DNA of 64,000 nucleotides from Octopus sinensis (GCF_006345805.1 NC_043007.1:23808001-23872000), one strand, 5' to 3'. Numbered from the stretch's first letter, positions 12,256 through 25,129 are shown. Made by a program: numbers and translations. The notes: generated by a model not told the origin, from the sequence alone.

Positions 12256-13122
12256 TACAAGATTTAATGCTACTATTTAACACATTTAAATATGGAACTG
12301 AGAGAGAAATAATGATGTATTGTCATTTTAGTCAACGTGAGCTTTTGTAGGACATTATTTTCTTAAGCTTGGAAAAGAGGAAAGAGTTGACTACTTAGAT
12401 ATTGCGCAAGAAGTGAGCTTTCTTGAGGTGGTTTCATTTACTGGTAGATATTTCACTTCAATTACACTGCTTCTGCAGTTACAAAAGAAATTATAGAGCT
12501 GTGACTCAGCCAGCTGTAGCTATGGTAACGCATCACAGAAAGTAATGACGCCAAGTAAAATCTGATGCAAGATGAAGAAGACACTGGAATCACTGTAGGC
12601 AACTGTTCTAGTGCTGGTCTGCATGATGAAATGCAACCAGCCTATGCTGTAATGTGATTGATAATAGTCTTAACAGTTGGATGCCATTTCTATGTAAAAA
12701 AAAAAAAAAAATTGCATGTAATTAAAGTTGTCAGATGGGTGTAAAACTGATATTGGTTGATTTCATTCAGCTTGATATGAATTTGTGGTTGTAAAAAGGT
12801 TGTTAAAGATTATTTTTAATATTCACACAGATTAACTATTTTAAAAATAAATTCAGTGAATCCTTTGATGATAGAATTTTATTTCAGCTTTGGCAAGATT
12901 TTTTAGTGAGAGGATCTGGATCTGCTCCACACAAGTTTTAGACTTACTAGTAATTTATAACTGCAAAATAATAGATTTTAATAGTTTTTTTTCCAGTTTT
13001 TGCCAACATCTCTCTTAAGACCATCGACAAATAATAATCATTATAAGAATTCAAAACTGTGTGTGTCTATGTATTATATAAACTGCTATATCAAATACCA
13101 TACAACATAAATTCCTGTTTTA

Positions 13123-13340
13123 TTAACCCTTTCGTTACCAACCTGGCTGAAACCATCTCTGAGTACAAATGTCTTAACAGAAGTTTTTGAATTAAAATCT
13201 TCCACCAAGCCTTAGTCACAAATTATGTTCCTAAACACTAGCTGAATAACCAAGTGATTTTACTAAATTCTTTGTTATATTTAATGTAATTGAAAGAAAC
13301 ACAGAGCATCTCAAAATAAATACAGCAACGAAAGGATTAA
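13123..13340. mobile_element. piggyBac-like MITE with TTAA TSD
   Basis: TTAA|CCCTTTCGTTAC ... GCAACGAAAGGA|TTAA terminal inverted repeats with TTAA at both ends. Confidence 0.7.
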
Positions 13341-13505
13341 TAATCTCCACCTGAAGAGGATATCAATTGCCAACCGTCAAGACCAGCTCCATATAAGGAA
13401 GGGAGATAATCTTCTGTATCGACATGGTCTTGTCACGAAGACAGTTGTGGACATGTTTCTGGCTCAATAGCTGTCGTGAGCACAGTTGTCCAGCAATATC
13501 TCTTA

Positions 13506-13890
13506 TAGGCAAGGGTGGCTGTGTGGTAAGTAGCTTGCTTACCAACCAAATGGTTCCGGGTTCAGTCCCACTGCGTGGCACCTTGGGCAAGTGTCTTCTA
13601 CTATAGCCTCGGGCCGACCAAAGCCTTGTGAGTGGATTTGGTAGGCGGAAATTGAAAGAAGCCCGTCGTATATATATATATATATATAGTGTGTGTGTGA
13701 GTTTGTCCCCCCCCCAACATCGCTTGACAACCGATGCTGGTGTGTTTACGTCCCCGTAACTTAGCGGTTCGGCAAAAGATACCGATAGAATAAGTACTAG
13801 GCTTACAAAGAATAAGTGCTGGGGTCAATTTGCTCGACTAAAGGCGGTGCTCTAGCATGGCCGCAGTCAAATGACTGAAACAAGTAAAAA
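13506..13890 (+). mobile_element. Full-length tRNA-derived CORE-like SINE (family B; OR1/OR2-like)
   Basis: tRNA-like head (GGCTGTGTGGT...GGTTCAGTCC), CCTTGGGCAAGT core, internal (TA)n(TG)n, and a TGACTGAAACAAGTAAAA tail. More than 10 further copies lie in the window. Confidence 0.85.
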
Positions 13891-14520
13891 TGAGTAGTAG
13901 TGCACATTTACGGCGGAGGGAATTTGCATAATTTGAGCAATAACGATCTAAGAGAAATAACTCTGGATTGGCTTGATATTAATTTCTTGGTGATCTCTCG
14001 TCTCCGTGAAAGACTATTCAGCCATTTCATACGAACATCCTGCGCAAACAGTTCGTTTATAGTGATCAAATGTTTGTACTGCCTATAAGCGCACTTCCTC
14101 CATCAAACCCACATTACCTGTACAGGTACACCGTGTGTGTTACACATCAGATGTCGAAGAGTTTGCAGAGCAATGTGAAATGAAGTGTTTTGCTCAAAAA
14201 CATAACGTCCGCTGCGGGAACCAATAAGTAACTTTTTGATACTCCATGTATTAAATGTTTTAATACGCACTTTTTTTTTCTCTCTCTCACTCGGGCGACA
14301 TCTTTGAATTAGTTATTTTCTAAATATTCTCATGAATATTATATGAACCCAGCTAAAGTGAATTTTGTTTGTGATTCTTTTGCTAATTACTTGAACAAGT
14401 TGGTGAAGGCAGTGATTTGCTATTGAAGTCAGAATAAGCTAAACGTGTCCAGAGTTGTTCCCCCTAGCCAAGAATTTGTTATAAAAATGGAGATCTGATT
14501 GGCGATTACGTTTTCTTTTT

Positions 14521-15110
14521 CTATTTCTTTACTACCCACAAGGGGCTAAATACAGAGAGGACAAACAAGGACAGACAAACGGATTAAATTGATTACATCA
14601 ACCCCAGTGCGTAGCTGGTACTTATTTAATCGACCCCGAAAGGATGAAAGGCAAAGTCGACCTCGGCGGAATTTGAACTCACAACGTAACCGCAGACGAA
14701 ATACTTATTTGTTTATTACCCACAAGGGGCTAAACGCAGAGGGAACAGACAAACGGTGTAAGTCGATTACATCGACCCCAGTGCGTAACTGGTACTTATT
14801 TAATCGACCCCGAAAGGATGAAAAGCAAAGTCGACCTCGGCGGAATTTGAACTCAGAACGTAGCGGTAGACGAAATACCTATTTCTTTACTACCTACAAG
14901 GGGCTAAACACAGAGGACAAACAAGGATAGACAAACGGCGTAAGTCGATTACATCGACTCCAGTGCGTAACTGGTACTTAATTTTTCGACCCCGAAAGGA
15001 TGAAAGGCAAAGTCAACTTCGGCGTAATTTGAACTCACAACGTAACGGCAGCCGAAATACCGCTAAGCATTTCGCCCGACATGCTAACGATTCTTGCCAA
15101 CTCGCCGTCT
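14521..15110 (-). repeat. Head-to-tail trimer of family A (Deu-like) SINE
   Basis: Three ~175-185-bp units joined at GAAATAC|CTATTTCTTTA-type junctions (~14700, ~14878). Only one unit keeps the tRNA-like head. Confidence 0.85.
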
Positions 15111-15717
15111 TATATAATTAAGAATAATCACGTCTCTGTATGTTTCTCTCTCTCATCAACTTAATTGACGAAGAAACTTCTAAACCATTTTCAACAACGC
15201 AACTCCACAGTAGAGTCTGTTGCCGTTTCTGGATATGTTTAACAAGGTTACCTCTCTTTCATCTTCAGTGGAGACTTAGTAATTTTAAAAAAGGAGAGAA
15301 GTAAGCCCGTGTACCTTGAAAAGTAATTTTGACATTTAGGGAGGGGAGCGTCCTTTATAAAACATTCAGAACTAAGTAAATATACCAAACATCACAGCCA
15401 GTTGACTTTAAAGAAGCTGCGAACAATATGGTTAATGTGAACCTTGATACTTGTAAAATAAACGAGAAAAAAAAATATTTAATGATGTTGGAGCAAATAG
15501 AGCTAAAATAAGACCAAACCATATCCGGAGTTATTGCCACAACTGCTGAAAGTCAGACTATTCTTCTCCCCACCGAATTATTTGTTTCTAATCTCAATTA
15601 GTAAACTCTACCATGTTGGCTCGTTAAAATAAATTCTGAGTTGTCTCCCTTAGTTCCATAACCATTCAAAAGCACCTTACGTAATGCTTTTTTTTTTTTT
15701 CCTTCTCTACATTGAAA

Positions 15718-16113
15718 TCTCTATATATAAAGTTGAAGTTGTTTATGTATGGCAGGTTTGGTAGCCTTCAACTAACACTATCTTCTCCGAGACCCTGCGG
15801 CGCAAGTTGACCAAAATTGTGAGTATGATAGAAAAAGGCTTGCTCTTCCTTCCGTAGAAGAAAAAATTCAAATCGGACCATGTTAACACCAAAAATTATT
15901 TACATCAAAAAGGTTATTTTTTTCTATGAAAATCCCTATTTTTTACGATTTTTTGACTGCTGTGTCGCCATTTTTCGGTGTATTTCAACCAGAAAAATGT
16001 TCACTTAAAGAGAATAACAAGCTACATAATGCAAAATTTTGACTATTCAAAAATTCCAATTCTAAAGGGTCGAAAAGAAAACAAACCCGAGCAACGCCGG
16101 GCGATACTGTTAG
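15718..16113 (+). mobile_element. Non-autonomous Helitron (subtype 1)
   Basis: A|TCTCTATATATAAAG 5' end, 3' hairpin CCCGAGCAACGCCGGG, TTAG|T end (CTAG in other copies). Inserted between A and T with no TSD. Confidence 0.75.
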
Positions 16114-16511
16114 TCATTGTTAAAATCGGGGAATGAAAAGTATAGATGACCTCAGTGAGACTTCAACTCAGAGACTAAAGAACTGAAACGAACACCTCAA
16201 TACATTTTCTCTGGCAATTCTCCCAATTCACCAGTTGGCTGGATGCGCCAACGAGACGCATCCAGCCAACTGATTGAATACCAGTGGAAGTGAACGCGAA
16301 GGTAATGAGTCCCATAATATATAAAGTTGTTGGATTTCGACGCAGAACTCTGTCTTCATGTGTATTTTAATCCTTTGCCTGTCCTGTGATACACATGACA
16401 TGTTTCCCTGGCGTCCATACATCAGAGATGATAAAAATTCCCAACAGTTTTCAACTAACAGAGTATCCTGGGACTAATGAAGATTAGCGTGGAGATTTTA
16501 AGGCGGCAAAA

Positions 16512-16770
16512 TAAAATATAAATGCGCCCTTTCAAAGCCTAGCCAGGCTCACGGGCCCGGTTTCCCAGTTTCTATGGCGAATGTGTTCCCCAGGTGGACA
16601 GGACGCCAGTCCATCACAGCGATACTCATTTTTGCCAGCTGAGTGGACTGGAGCAACGTGAAATGAAGTGTTTTGCTGAAGAATACAACGCGTCGCCCGG
16701 TCCAGGAATCGAAACCACAATCTTACGATCATGATGCTGACACCCTAACCACTAAGCCACGCGCCTCCAC
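16512..16770 (-). mobile_element. tRNA-derived SINE family C with 13-bp TSD
   Basis: TAAGGCGGCAAAA is duplicated at 16499-16511 and 16771-16783. The head GGAGGCGCGTGGCTTAGTGG..GGTTTCGATTCC lies on the minus strand. Confidence 0.85.
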
Positions 16771-17139
16771 TAAGGCGGCAAAAGGAATACAATTATCTTT
16801 TGACTTTTTTCTTTCATTTTTCTCTCTCATTGGACTGCGGCCGTGCTGGAGCACCGCTTTGAAAGATTTTAGAGAAGCAAATCGATCACAGAACTTATTT
16901 TTAAAGTACTTACTCTATTGGCCAATTGTGCGTAGCAACCATATTAGGGGGACATAAACAAACCAACACCGGTTGCCAAGTGTTGTGGGGAGGCAAACAC
17001 ACACGTGCATCCCTTCCACATTCATACGATGGGCTTCCATACAGTTTCCTTGCACCAGATCGGCTCGGAGCTATAGTGAAAGCCAGTTGGCCATGGTTTT
17101 TGTTCCTTCTCGAGCTACGCCTGGCTCCAAAGGGCCGGT

Positions 17140-17392
17140 TTCCCGGTTTCCTTGGCGTATAGGTTCCGCACCTGGACGGGACACCGGTCCGTCGCAGGTG
17201 AGCTGCAAGATGCAGGAGGAAAGAGTGAGAGAAAGTTGTGGCGAAAGAGTCAGAAGTTCACCATTTCCTTCTGCCGGAGCCGCGTGAAGCTTACGGTGCT
17301 TCGCTCATAAACTTACACATCGCCCGGTCTGAGATTCGAAACCACGATCCCTCGATCGCGAGTCCGTGCTCTAACCACTAGGCCATGTGCCG
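17140..17392 (-). mobile_element. tRNA-derived SINE family D
   Basis: Minus-strand head GGCACATGGCCTAGTGGTTAGAGC...GGTTTCGAATC. Homologous to the plus-strand copy at 35522-35820. Confidence 0.7.
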
Positions 17393-17975
17393 CCAAGTTG
17401 GCCAAGGTGTCACACAGTGTGACCGAACCCGAAGCAATGTGGTTACAATGCGACCTTCCTTGATACACAGTCACTCCCCTGCGCCTATTGTATGTTTCCA
17501 TAAAAAAAAAATCGAAATGAATGTGGAGGTAAAAATCACAATTTACAGAAATGTACTCTTTACAGCGATTTTATGTATATATATATATATACACACATAT
17601 ATATATATATATACATACATACATACATACACATATATATATATATATGTATATATATACATATATATATATATATGTATATATATACATATATATATAT
17701 ATGTATATATATACATATATATATATATTATATATATATATGTATATGTATAATCATTTATTCTGTGAAGACGCACCTTTATATTTTTATTTTCCATACA
17801 TATAAATATATAAAATAAAACTATTCTTCCCCTATGTTAAAAGGTCCAAACTTTTTTAGTAACAGACAAAAAGTACACGCACACACACACACGCACGCAC
17901 GCATGCACGCGCGCGCGCGCAGACACTCATAAATGAAAATTTCGACGCCTTTTCAATCTTTTCTCAGTATTCTTC

Positions 17976-18008
<33 letters not shown>

Positions 18009-18578
18009 ATTTTGCTCAGGCACAACGGTACGAACAAACTTGTTAAAGCCCAATATAGATACGCTTCAGAATAAAGCGTTAGACGAGGAAAGAGCATAAT
18101 ATGAAATCAAGTAAATGACAAAGGGAACTGGAAACTGTGCAATGAACTTCATTAGCCCACAGCTACAGACGGAGTGCACGCAGAGCACCTTATAACTTCC
18201 ATGGATTTCTAAAACGATGTGTATTTTTATTTTGGAAGGCATTTGCATCAGCTCTGCACCTTATAGCAGCAACAACTGTTAGCTAATGAATTTCATTATA
18301 TAATTTCCAATCTCTCTTGTCATTTATACTGGTAATATGTAACCTACTATAACCTCGTCGGCGAGTAAACCGGCAACAATACCAAAATCATTTGGTGAGA
18401 GAAGAGCGATTTTTGGACATGAAGCAGGATGAAGAATAAGACACGTTAAAGTTCAAAGGAACTCAGGAGAGTCAACAGCTCTCCACCCCACTATAGTTAA
18501 AGGTAGATGGTGCTCACCAGTCGCAATGCGGACACTCCATCGTACAGAAGGTTATATATATATATATATATATACATT

Positions 18579-18803
18579 AGGCGGCGAGCTGACTGAAACG
18601 TTAGCGAAATGCTTAGCAGTATTTCGTCTGCCGTTACGTTCTGAGTTCAAATTCCGCCGAGGTCGACTTTGCCTTTCATTCTTTCGGGGCCGATAAATTA
18701 AGTACCAGTTACGCACTGGGGTCGATGTAATCGACTTAATCAGTTTGTCTGTCCTTGTTTGTCCTCTCTGTGTTTAGCCCCTTGTGTGTAGTAAAGAAAT
18801 AGG
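18579..18803 (+). mobile_element. Family A (Deu-like) SINE monomer
   Basis: AGGCGGCGAGCTG head, GAGTTCAAATTCC B-box, Deu-like core, ends AAAGAAATAGG. Confidence 0.85.
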
Positions 18804-18827
18804 TAATACATACATACATACATACAT

Positions 18828-18883
<56 letters not shown>

Positions 18884-19131
18884 CACACACACACACACAC
18901 ACAGAGGATCTATGAGAGTAAACTGACTGCTTTGGAACACCAGAAGTAAGGCTCCTTTCAAAATTCAAGGGGGTCGTAAAGAATATTTTTGTGGGTGAGG
19001 GACCTGTAGATAGTCATGGGCCCTTCTTTGCTATCATGCGATCTTCTTTGCTATCATGGGCCCTTCTTTGCTATCCGAGCCCCGGAACGACGTACTGGTT
19101 GAATCTTACACACCCTGAACATACATACATA

Positions 19132-20025
19132 TGTGGTGTGATCAATAAGTATCTGGACTGTCGCCATAGTAGCGAAGCTAAAGCACCCAGAGTGAAGCTG
19201 CTTGACAGAGATTGACCTTGAACTCTGTTGTGCATGCGCACAATGTTTTAACGTTCTATCTCACTTCTGCTGTTTACAGCAGTGCTTGGAAGGAAGGTGT
19301 GTAGCATGTGATTGTTGCATTGACCATGACAGAGAAAGCTGAACAGAGAATTTGCATCAAATTTTACCAAAAGCTTAGTGATACCTGCTCAGAGGCCTAC
19401 GCAAAGTTTTCAGAAAGTTTTCATCGTTCTCGACACAATCAAGGAGATCTTGTGCAACTGAAACCCGAATGTCTTTTTGGTCAGCTGAAAGCGGTTTTGG
19501 CACAAACTTAGCAGACACGCGTCTCATGCCCAAATATTCAGTGACAATGGACTGAACTCAACCGTAACTAATCTGCACATCCTCTGATAACTCACGGATG
19601 GTGATGTGATGACTTCCCCTCATAGCTGCAAGCACATCTGCAATGTTTTTCTCAGTCCTGCTGGTTGCGGGACTCCCAGAACGTTCGTGACTATTGACAT
19701 TTTTTCGGCTATTTTGAAACGTCTGAACCACTCGTACACTTGTGTGCAGCTCATACATTCCTCGCCATACACTTTCTGCAACTTTGCGTTGGCCTCTGAG
19801 CAGGTATCGCCATGACAACTTTCTCTGTCATGGTCAATGCGACGATCAGACGCTACACACCTTCCTTACAAACACTGCTGTAAATAGCGGAAGCGAGCTA
19901 GAACGTTAAAACTTAGTGTGCATGTACAGCAGGGTTCAAGGTCCATCTTTGCCAAGCGGCTTCACTCTGCGTGCTTTACTATCGTTACTATGGCAACAGT
20001 CCGGATACTTATTGATCAGACCTCG
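19132..20025. mobile_element. Non-autonomous mariner-like element made of two inward-facing 5' ends
   Basis: TIR consensus CGAGGTCTGATCAATAAGTATCCGGACTG with TA flanks. The + arm encodes MTEKAEQRICIKFYQKL. The - arm encodes ...ERSGSPATSRTEKNIADV..ITIRELSEDVQISYG (mariner HTH region). Confidence 0.85.
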
Positions 20026-20071
20026 TACATAAATACATACAAGCACACACGCACACACACATACACACACA

Positions 20072-20120
<49 letters not shown>

Positions 20121-20709
20121 TTCTTCTTCCTCGTCAAGGAAACCGGGAAACCGGCCCTTTGGAGCCAGGCGTAGCTCGAGAAGGAACAAAAACCATGGCC
20201 AACTGGCTTTCACTATAGCTCCGAGCCGATCAATGCCTTGCGAGTGAATCTGGTGCAAGGAAACTGTATGGAAGCCCATCGTATGAATGTGGAGGGGATG
20301 CACGTGTGTTTGCCTCCCCACAACACTTGGCAACCGGTGTTGGTTTGTTTATGTCCCCCTAATATGGTTGCTACGCACAATTGGCCAATAGAGTAAGTAC
20401 TTTAAAAATAATATTTTTGTGGGTGAGGGACCTGTAGATAGTCATGGGCCCTTCTTTGCTATCATGCGATCTTCTTTGCTATCATGGGCCCTTCTTTGCT
20501 ATCATCGATTGCATCATTTACCCCCCCCCCATCTTGGTCGATATCGTTTTATCATCGTCTTGGAGGCCTTTCGAGTGGCCTTACCCCTCCCCTCCAATTA
20601 CTTGGATATCCTTTGGCAACTTGCGTGGGTTCACCTGCTGTCTGTGAACCTTGCAACATGTACTGGACTGGCGGAAATTGTGCTTTCGGTATTCGGGGAT
20701 CACATCCTT

Positions 20710-20819
20710 TGATCATCATCATCATCGTCGTCGTCGTCGTCGTCATCACAATTATCGTCATCATCACTATCATCATCATCGCCATCATCATCATCATCAC
20801 CATCATCACCACCATCACC

Positions 20820-20853
<34 letters not shown>

Positions 20854-20944
20854 TCGTCGTCATTATACTCACCATCGTCGTCATCAGCGTCGTCGTCATC
20901 ATCACCATCACCACCACCACCACCACTACACAACCACCACCACC

Positions 20945-20976
<32 letters not shown>

Positions 20977-20980
20977 CGCT

Positions 20981-21021
<41 letters not shown>

Positions 21022-21150
21022 TATCACCATCATCTCGTTGTCATTGTCATCGTCGTCATTGCCTTCCTGCTCCTCCTGCTCCTCCTTCTCACTATCATTA
21101 TCGTCATCATCAACATCATCGTCATTATACTCACCATCGTCGTCATCATC

Positions 21151-21212
<62 letters not shown>

Positions 21213-21235
21213 CATCATCATCACCATCATCATTA
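20710..21235. repeat. (CAT)n/(CGT)n/(CAC)n trinucleotide low-complexity tract
   Basis: Mixed trinucleotide runs. They explain the poly-His/Ile/Ser ORFs. Confidence 0.95.
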
Positions 21236-21569
21236 CGGGAACTTTAAATATCTCGATAAATCATTATCATTGACGCTACCATTGAAGCATGTATTTTCGA
21301 AATTTCAGCAAAAAGCCTTCCCGCCAAACACGACAATTAATGAAGTCAAACTTTTGCTACATCGAGCGGAGAGGGAAGAAAATCGTTCCAATGTCTCAGC
21401 AACATTCTTTAGAGAAAGTATATTCATGTAGAAACACGACAAACCACCGAAGACCACCACAAAGCAAATATCAGCCATAAAACAATTTCAACCGCAGAGG
21501 GGGGAAATGGTCGGCTACAACAGCAACAACAACAACGACAACAATAATTTACAGATATATCAGTATGTC

Positions 21570-22582
21570 TAGACATCATACACACACACATGCATGTATG
21601 CGCACATACATACACACACACGCACACACACACACACATACGCTTGTATGCGCACATACATATATACACATACATACATGCATACATACATATACATGCA
21701 TACATGTACGCATACATACATACATACATACATACATACATACATACATACATGCATGCACGTATACATAAATGCATGGCATGTATACATACACATAACA
21801 TACAACATATACATACACATACATACATGCACACATACATACACACATACAGCATGCGTACATACATAAATACAGACATACATACATTCATACATAATAC
21901 ATACATACATACTACATACATACATACATACATACATACATACATACATACACAATACATGCATGCGTACACACATACACATACATACATTCATACATAC
22001 ACACATACATGCATGCGTACATACATACATACATACATACATTCATACATACACACATACACACATACATGCATGCGTACTACATACATACATACATGCA
22101 TTCATACATACACACATAACATGCATGCGTCATACATACATACATACATACATACATACATACATACATACATACATACATAGCATACATACATACATAC
22201 ATACATACATACATACTACATACATTACACACATACATGCATGCGTACATACTACTATATATGATGGCACCTTGAGCAAGTGTCTTCTGCTATAGCCTCG
22301 GACCGACCAAAGCCTTGGACTTGGTGGACGGGAACTGCAAGAAGCCCGGTGTGTGTGCGTGCGTGTGTGTGCATATAATATATGTGTGTGTGTGTGTGTA
22401 AATATATATATGAGTAAATATATATATAGGAGTGGCTGTGTGGTAAGTAGCTTGCCTACCAACCACATGTTCTGGGTTCAGTCCCACTGCGTGGCATCTT
22501 GGGCAAGTGTCTTCTGCTATAGCCCCGGGCCGACAATGCCTTGTGAGTGGATTTGGTAGACGGAAACTGAAAGAAGCCTGTC

Positions 22583-22626
<44 letters not shown>

Positions 22627-24545
22627 TTGTGTGAGTGTGTTTGTCCCCCTAGCATTGCTTGACAACCGATGCTGGTGTGTTTACGTTCCCGTCACTTAGC
22701 GGTTCGGCAAAAGAGAACGATAGAATGAGTACTGAGCTTACAAAGAATAAGTCCTGGGGTCGATTTGCTCGACTAAAGGCGGTGCTCCAGCATGGCCACG
22801 GTCAACTGACTGAAACAAGTAAAAGAGTAAAGAGTATATGTATATTTGTATTTGCGACTGTCTGTCCCCCACCACCGCTTGACAGTCGTAACTTAGTCGT
22901 CCAGCAAAAGGACCGATATGATAAGCACAAGGCTTAAAAGCAAGTACGGGGTTCGATTCATTCGACGAATAATTCCTCAAGGCGGTGCTCCAGCATGACC
23001 GCAGTCTAATGACTGAAACAGGTAAGAGATAAAAACATGTATATATATATACACACACACACGCATGTATGCGCACATACATACACACACACGCACACAC
23101 ACACACACATACGCTTGTATGCGCACATACATATATACACATACATACATGCATACATACATATACATGCATACATGTACGCATACATACACACATACAT
23201 ACATACATACATACATACATGCATGCACGTATACATAAATGCATGTGCATGTATACATACACATATACATACATACATATATACACATACATACATGCAC
23301 ACATACATACACACATACATGCATGCGTACATACATACATACATACATACATACATTCATACATACATACATACATACATACATACATACATACATACAT
23401 ACATACATACATACATACATACACACATACATGCATGCGTACATACATACATACATACATACATTCATACATACACACATACATGCATGCGTACATACAT
23501 ACATACATACATACATTCATACATACACACATACACACATACATGCATGCGTACATACATACATACATACATACATTCATACATACACACATACATGCAT
23601 GCGTACATACATACATACATACATACATACATACATACATACATACATACATACATACATACATACATACATACATACATACATACATACATACATACAT
23701 ACATACACACATACATGCATGCGTACATACATACATATATATGATGGCACCTTGAGCAAGTGTCTTCTGCTATAGCCTCGGACCGACCAAAGCCTTGGAC
23801 TTGGTGGACGGGATCTGCAAGAAGCCCGGTGTGTGTGCGTGCGTGTGTGTGCATATATATATATGTGTGTGTGTGTGTGTAAATATATATATATGAGTAA
23901 ATATATATATAGGAGTGGCTGTGTGGTAAGTAGCTTGCCTACCAACCACATGGTTCTGGGTTCAGTCCCACTGCGTGGCATCTTGGGCGAGTGTCTTCTG
24001 CTATAGCCCCGGGCCGACCAATGCCTTGTGAGTGGATTTGGTAGACGGAAACTGAAAGAAGCCTGTCGTATATATGTATATATATATATGCGTGTGTGTG
24101 TTTGTGTGAGTGTGTTTGTCCCCCTAGCATTGCTTGACAACCGATGCTGGTGTGTTTACGTTCCCGTCACTTAGCGGTTCGGCAAAAGAAACCGATAGAA
24201 TGAGTACTGAGCTTACAAAGAATAAGTCCTGGGGTCGATTTGCTCGACTAAAGGCGGTGCTCCAGCATGGCCACGGTCAACTGACTGAAACAAGTAAAAG
24301 AGTAAAGAGTATATGTATGTTTGCATTTACGACTGTCTGTCCCCCACCACCGCTTGACAGTCGTAACTTAGTCGTCCAGCAAAAGGACCGATATGATAAG
24401 CACAAGGCTTAAAAGCAAGTACGGGGTTCGATTCATTCGACGAATAATTCCTCAAGGCGGTGCTCCAGCATGACCGCAGTCTAATGACTGAAACAGGTAA
24501 GAGATAAAAACATATATATATATATACAACACACACACGCACACA
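21570..24545. repeat. ~1.48-kb tandem duplication (TACA microsatellite + family B SINEs)
   Basis: Identical landmarks offset by 1475-1480 bp (22261 vs 23741; 22659 vs 24134). Confidence 0.9.
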
Positions 24546-25129
24546 CACACATATAATAATGAATAGAATATAAATTATATATATATATTATATATAAAAT
24601 ATATATATATTAAATATTATATATATATAATATATATAATATTATATATATATATTAAACTTTAATACTTTTGATAGTTATATTAAAAAAAATTTTTTTT
24701 TAAATATAAAAAAAAATAAATAAAAAATAAATAAATTATTAATTATAAACCAAAATTATATAAATATAAAAATATACCTACAAATATATTATATATATAT
24801 ATATATATATAATATATGTAATATATATTTAAAATTTATAAGTTTAATTATTTTAATAATTTTTAAATTTTAACTTTTATATTTTTAAATTAATTTTATG
24901 TATTGGCTTATGTTTTTCACTGTTTGATTTGCCTAATAGTGGTTTTATCTCTAATTTAATATAATATAATATTAATATATTTATACTATAAAATTGGATT
25001 TAATTCTAAATCTAATTTTTCCCTGTAAGTTTGGATTTATTCCCTAATATTTAATATATATATATTATATATATATATATATATATAATATATATATATT
25101 ATATATATATATATATTATATTATATATA

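Noticed and set aside
13506-13580. tRNA gene (also the other SINE heads)
   Set aside because: A/B-box-like heads run directly into SINE core and tail sequence. No complete cloverleaf could be supported.
20530-20705. Minus-strand ORF piece ...RIPKAQ...GGVRPLERPPRR
   Set aside because: Only faint resemblance to a LINE ORF C-terminus (G.R..GRP). Too weak to annotate, and not a host gene.
20484-21431. 315-aa and 198-aa ORFs with poly-His/Ile/Thr/Ser
   Set aside because: They are translations of (CAT)n/(CAC)n tracts open in several frames and on both strands. There is no splice or homology support.
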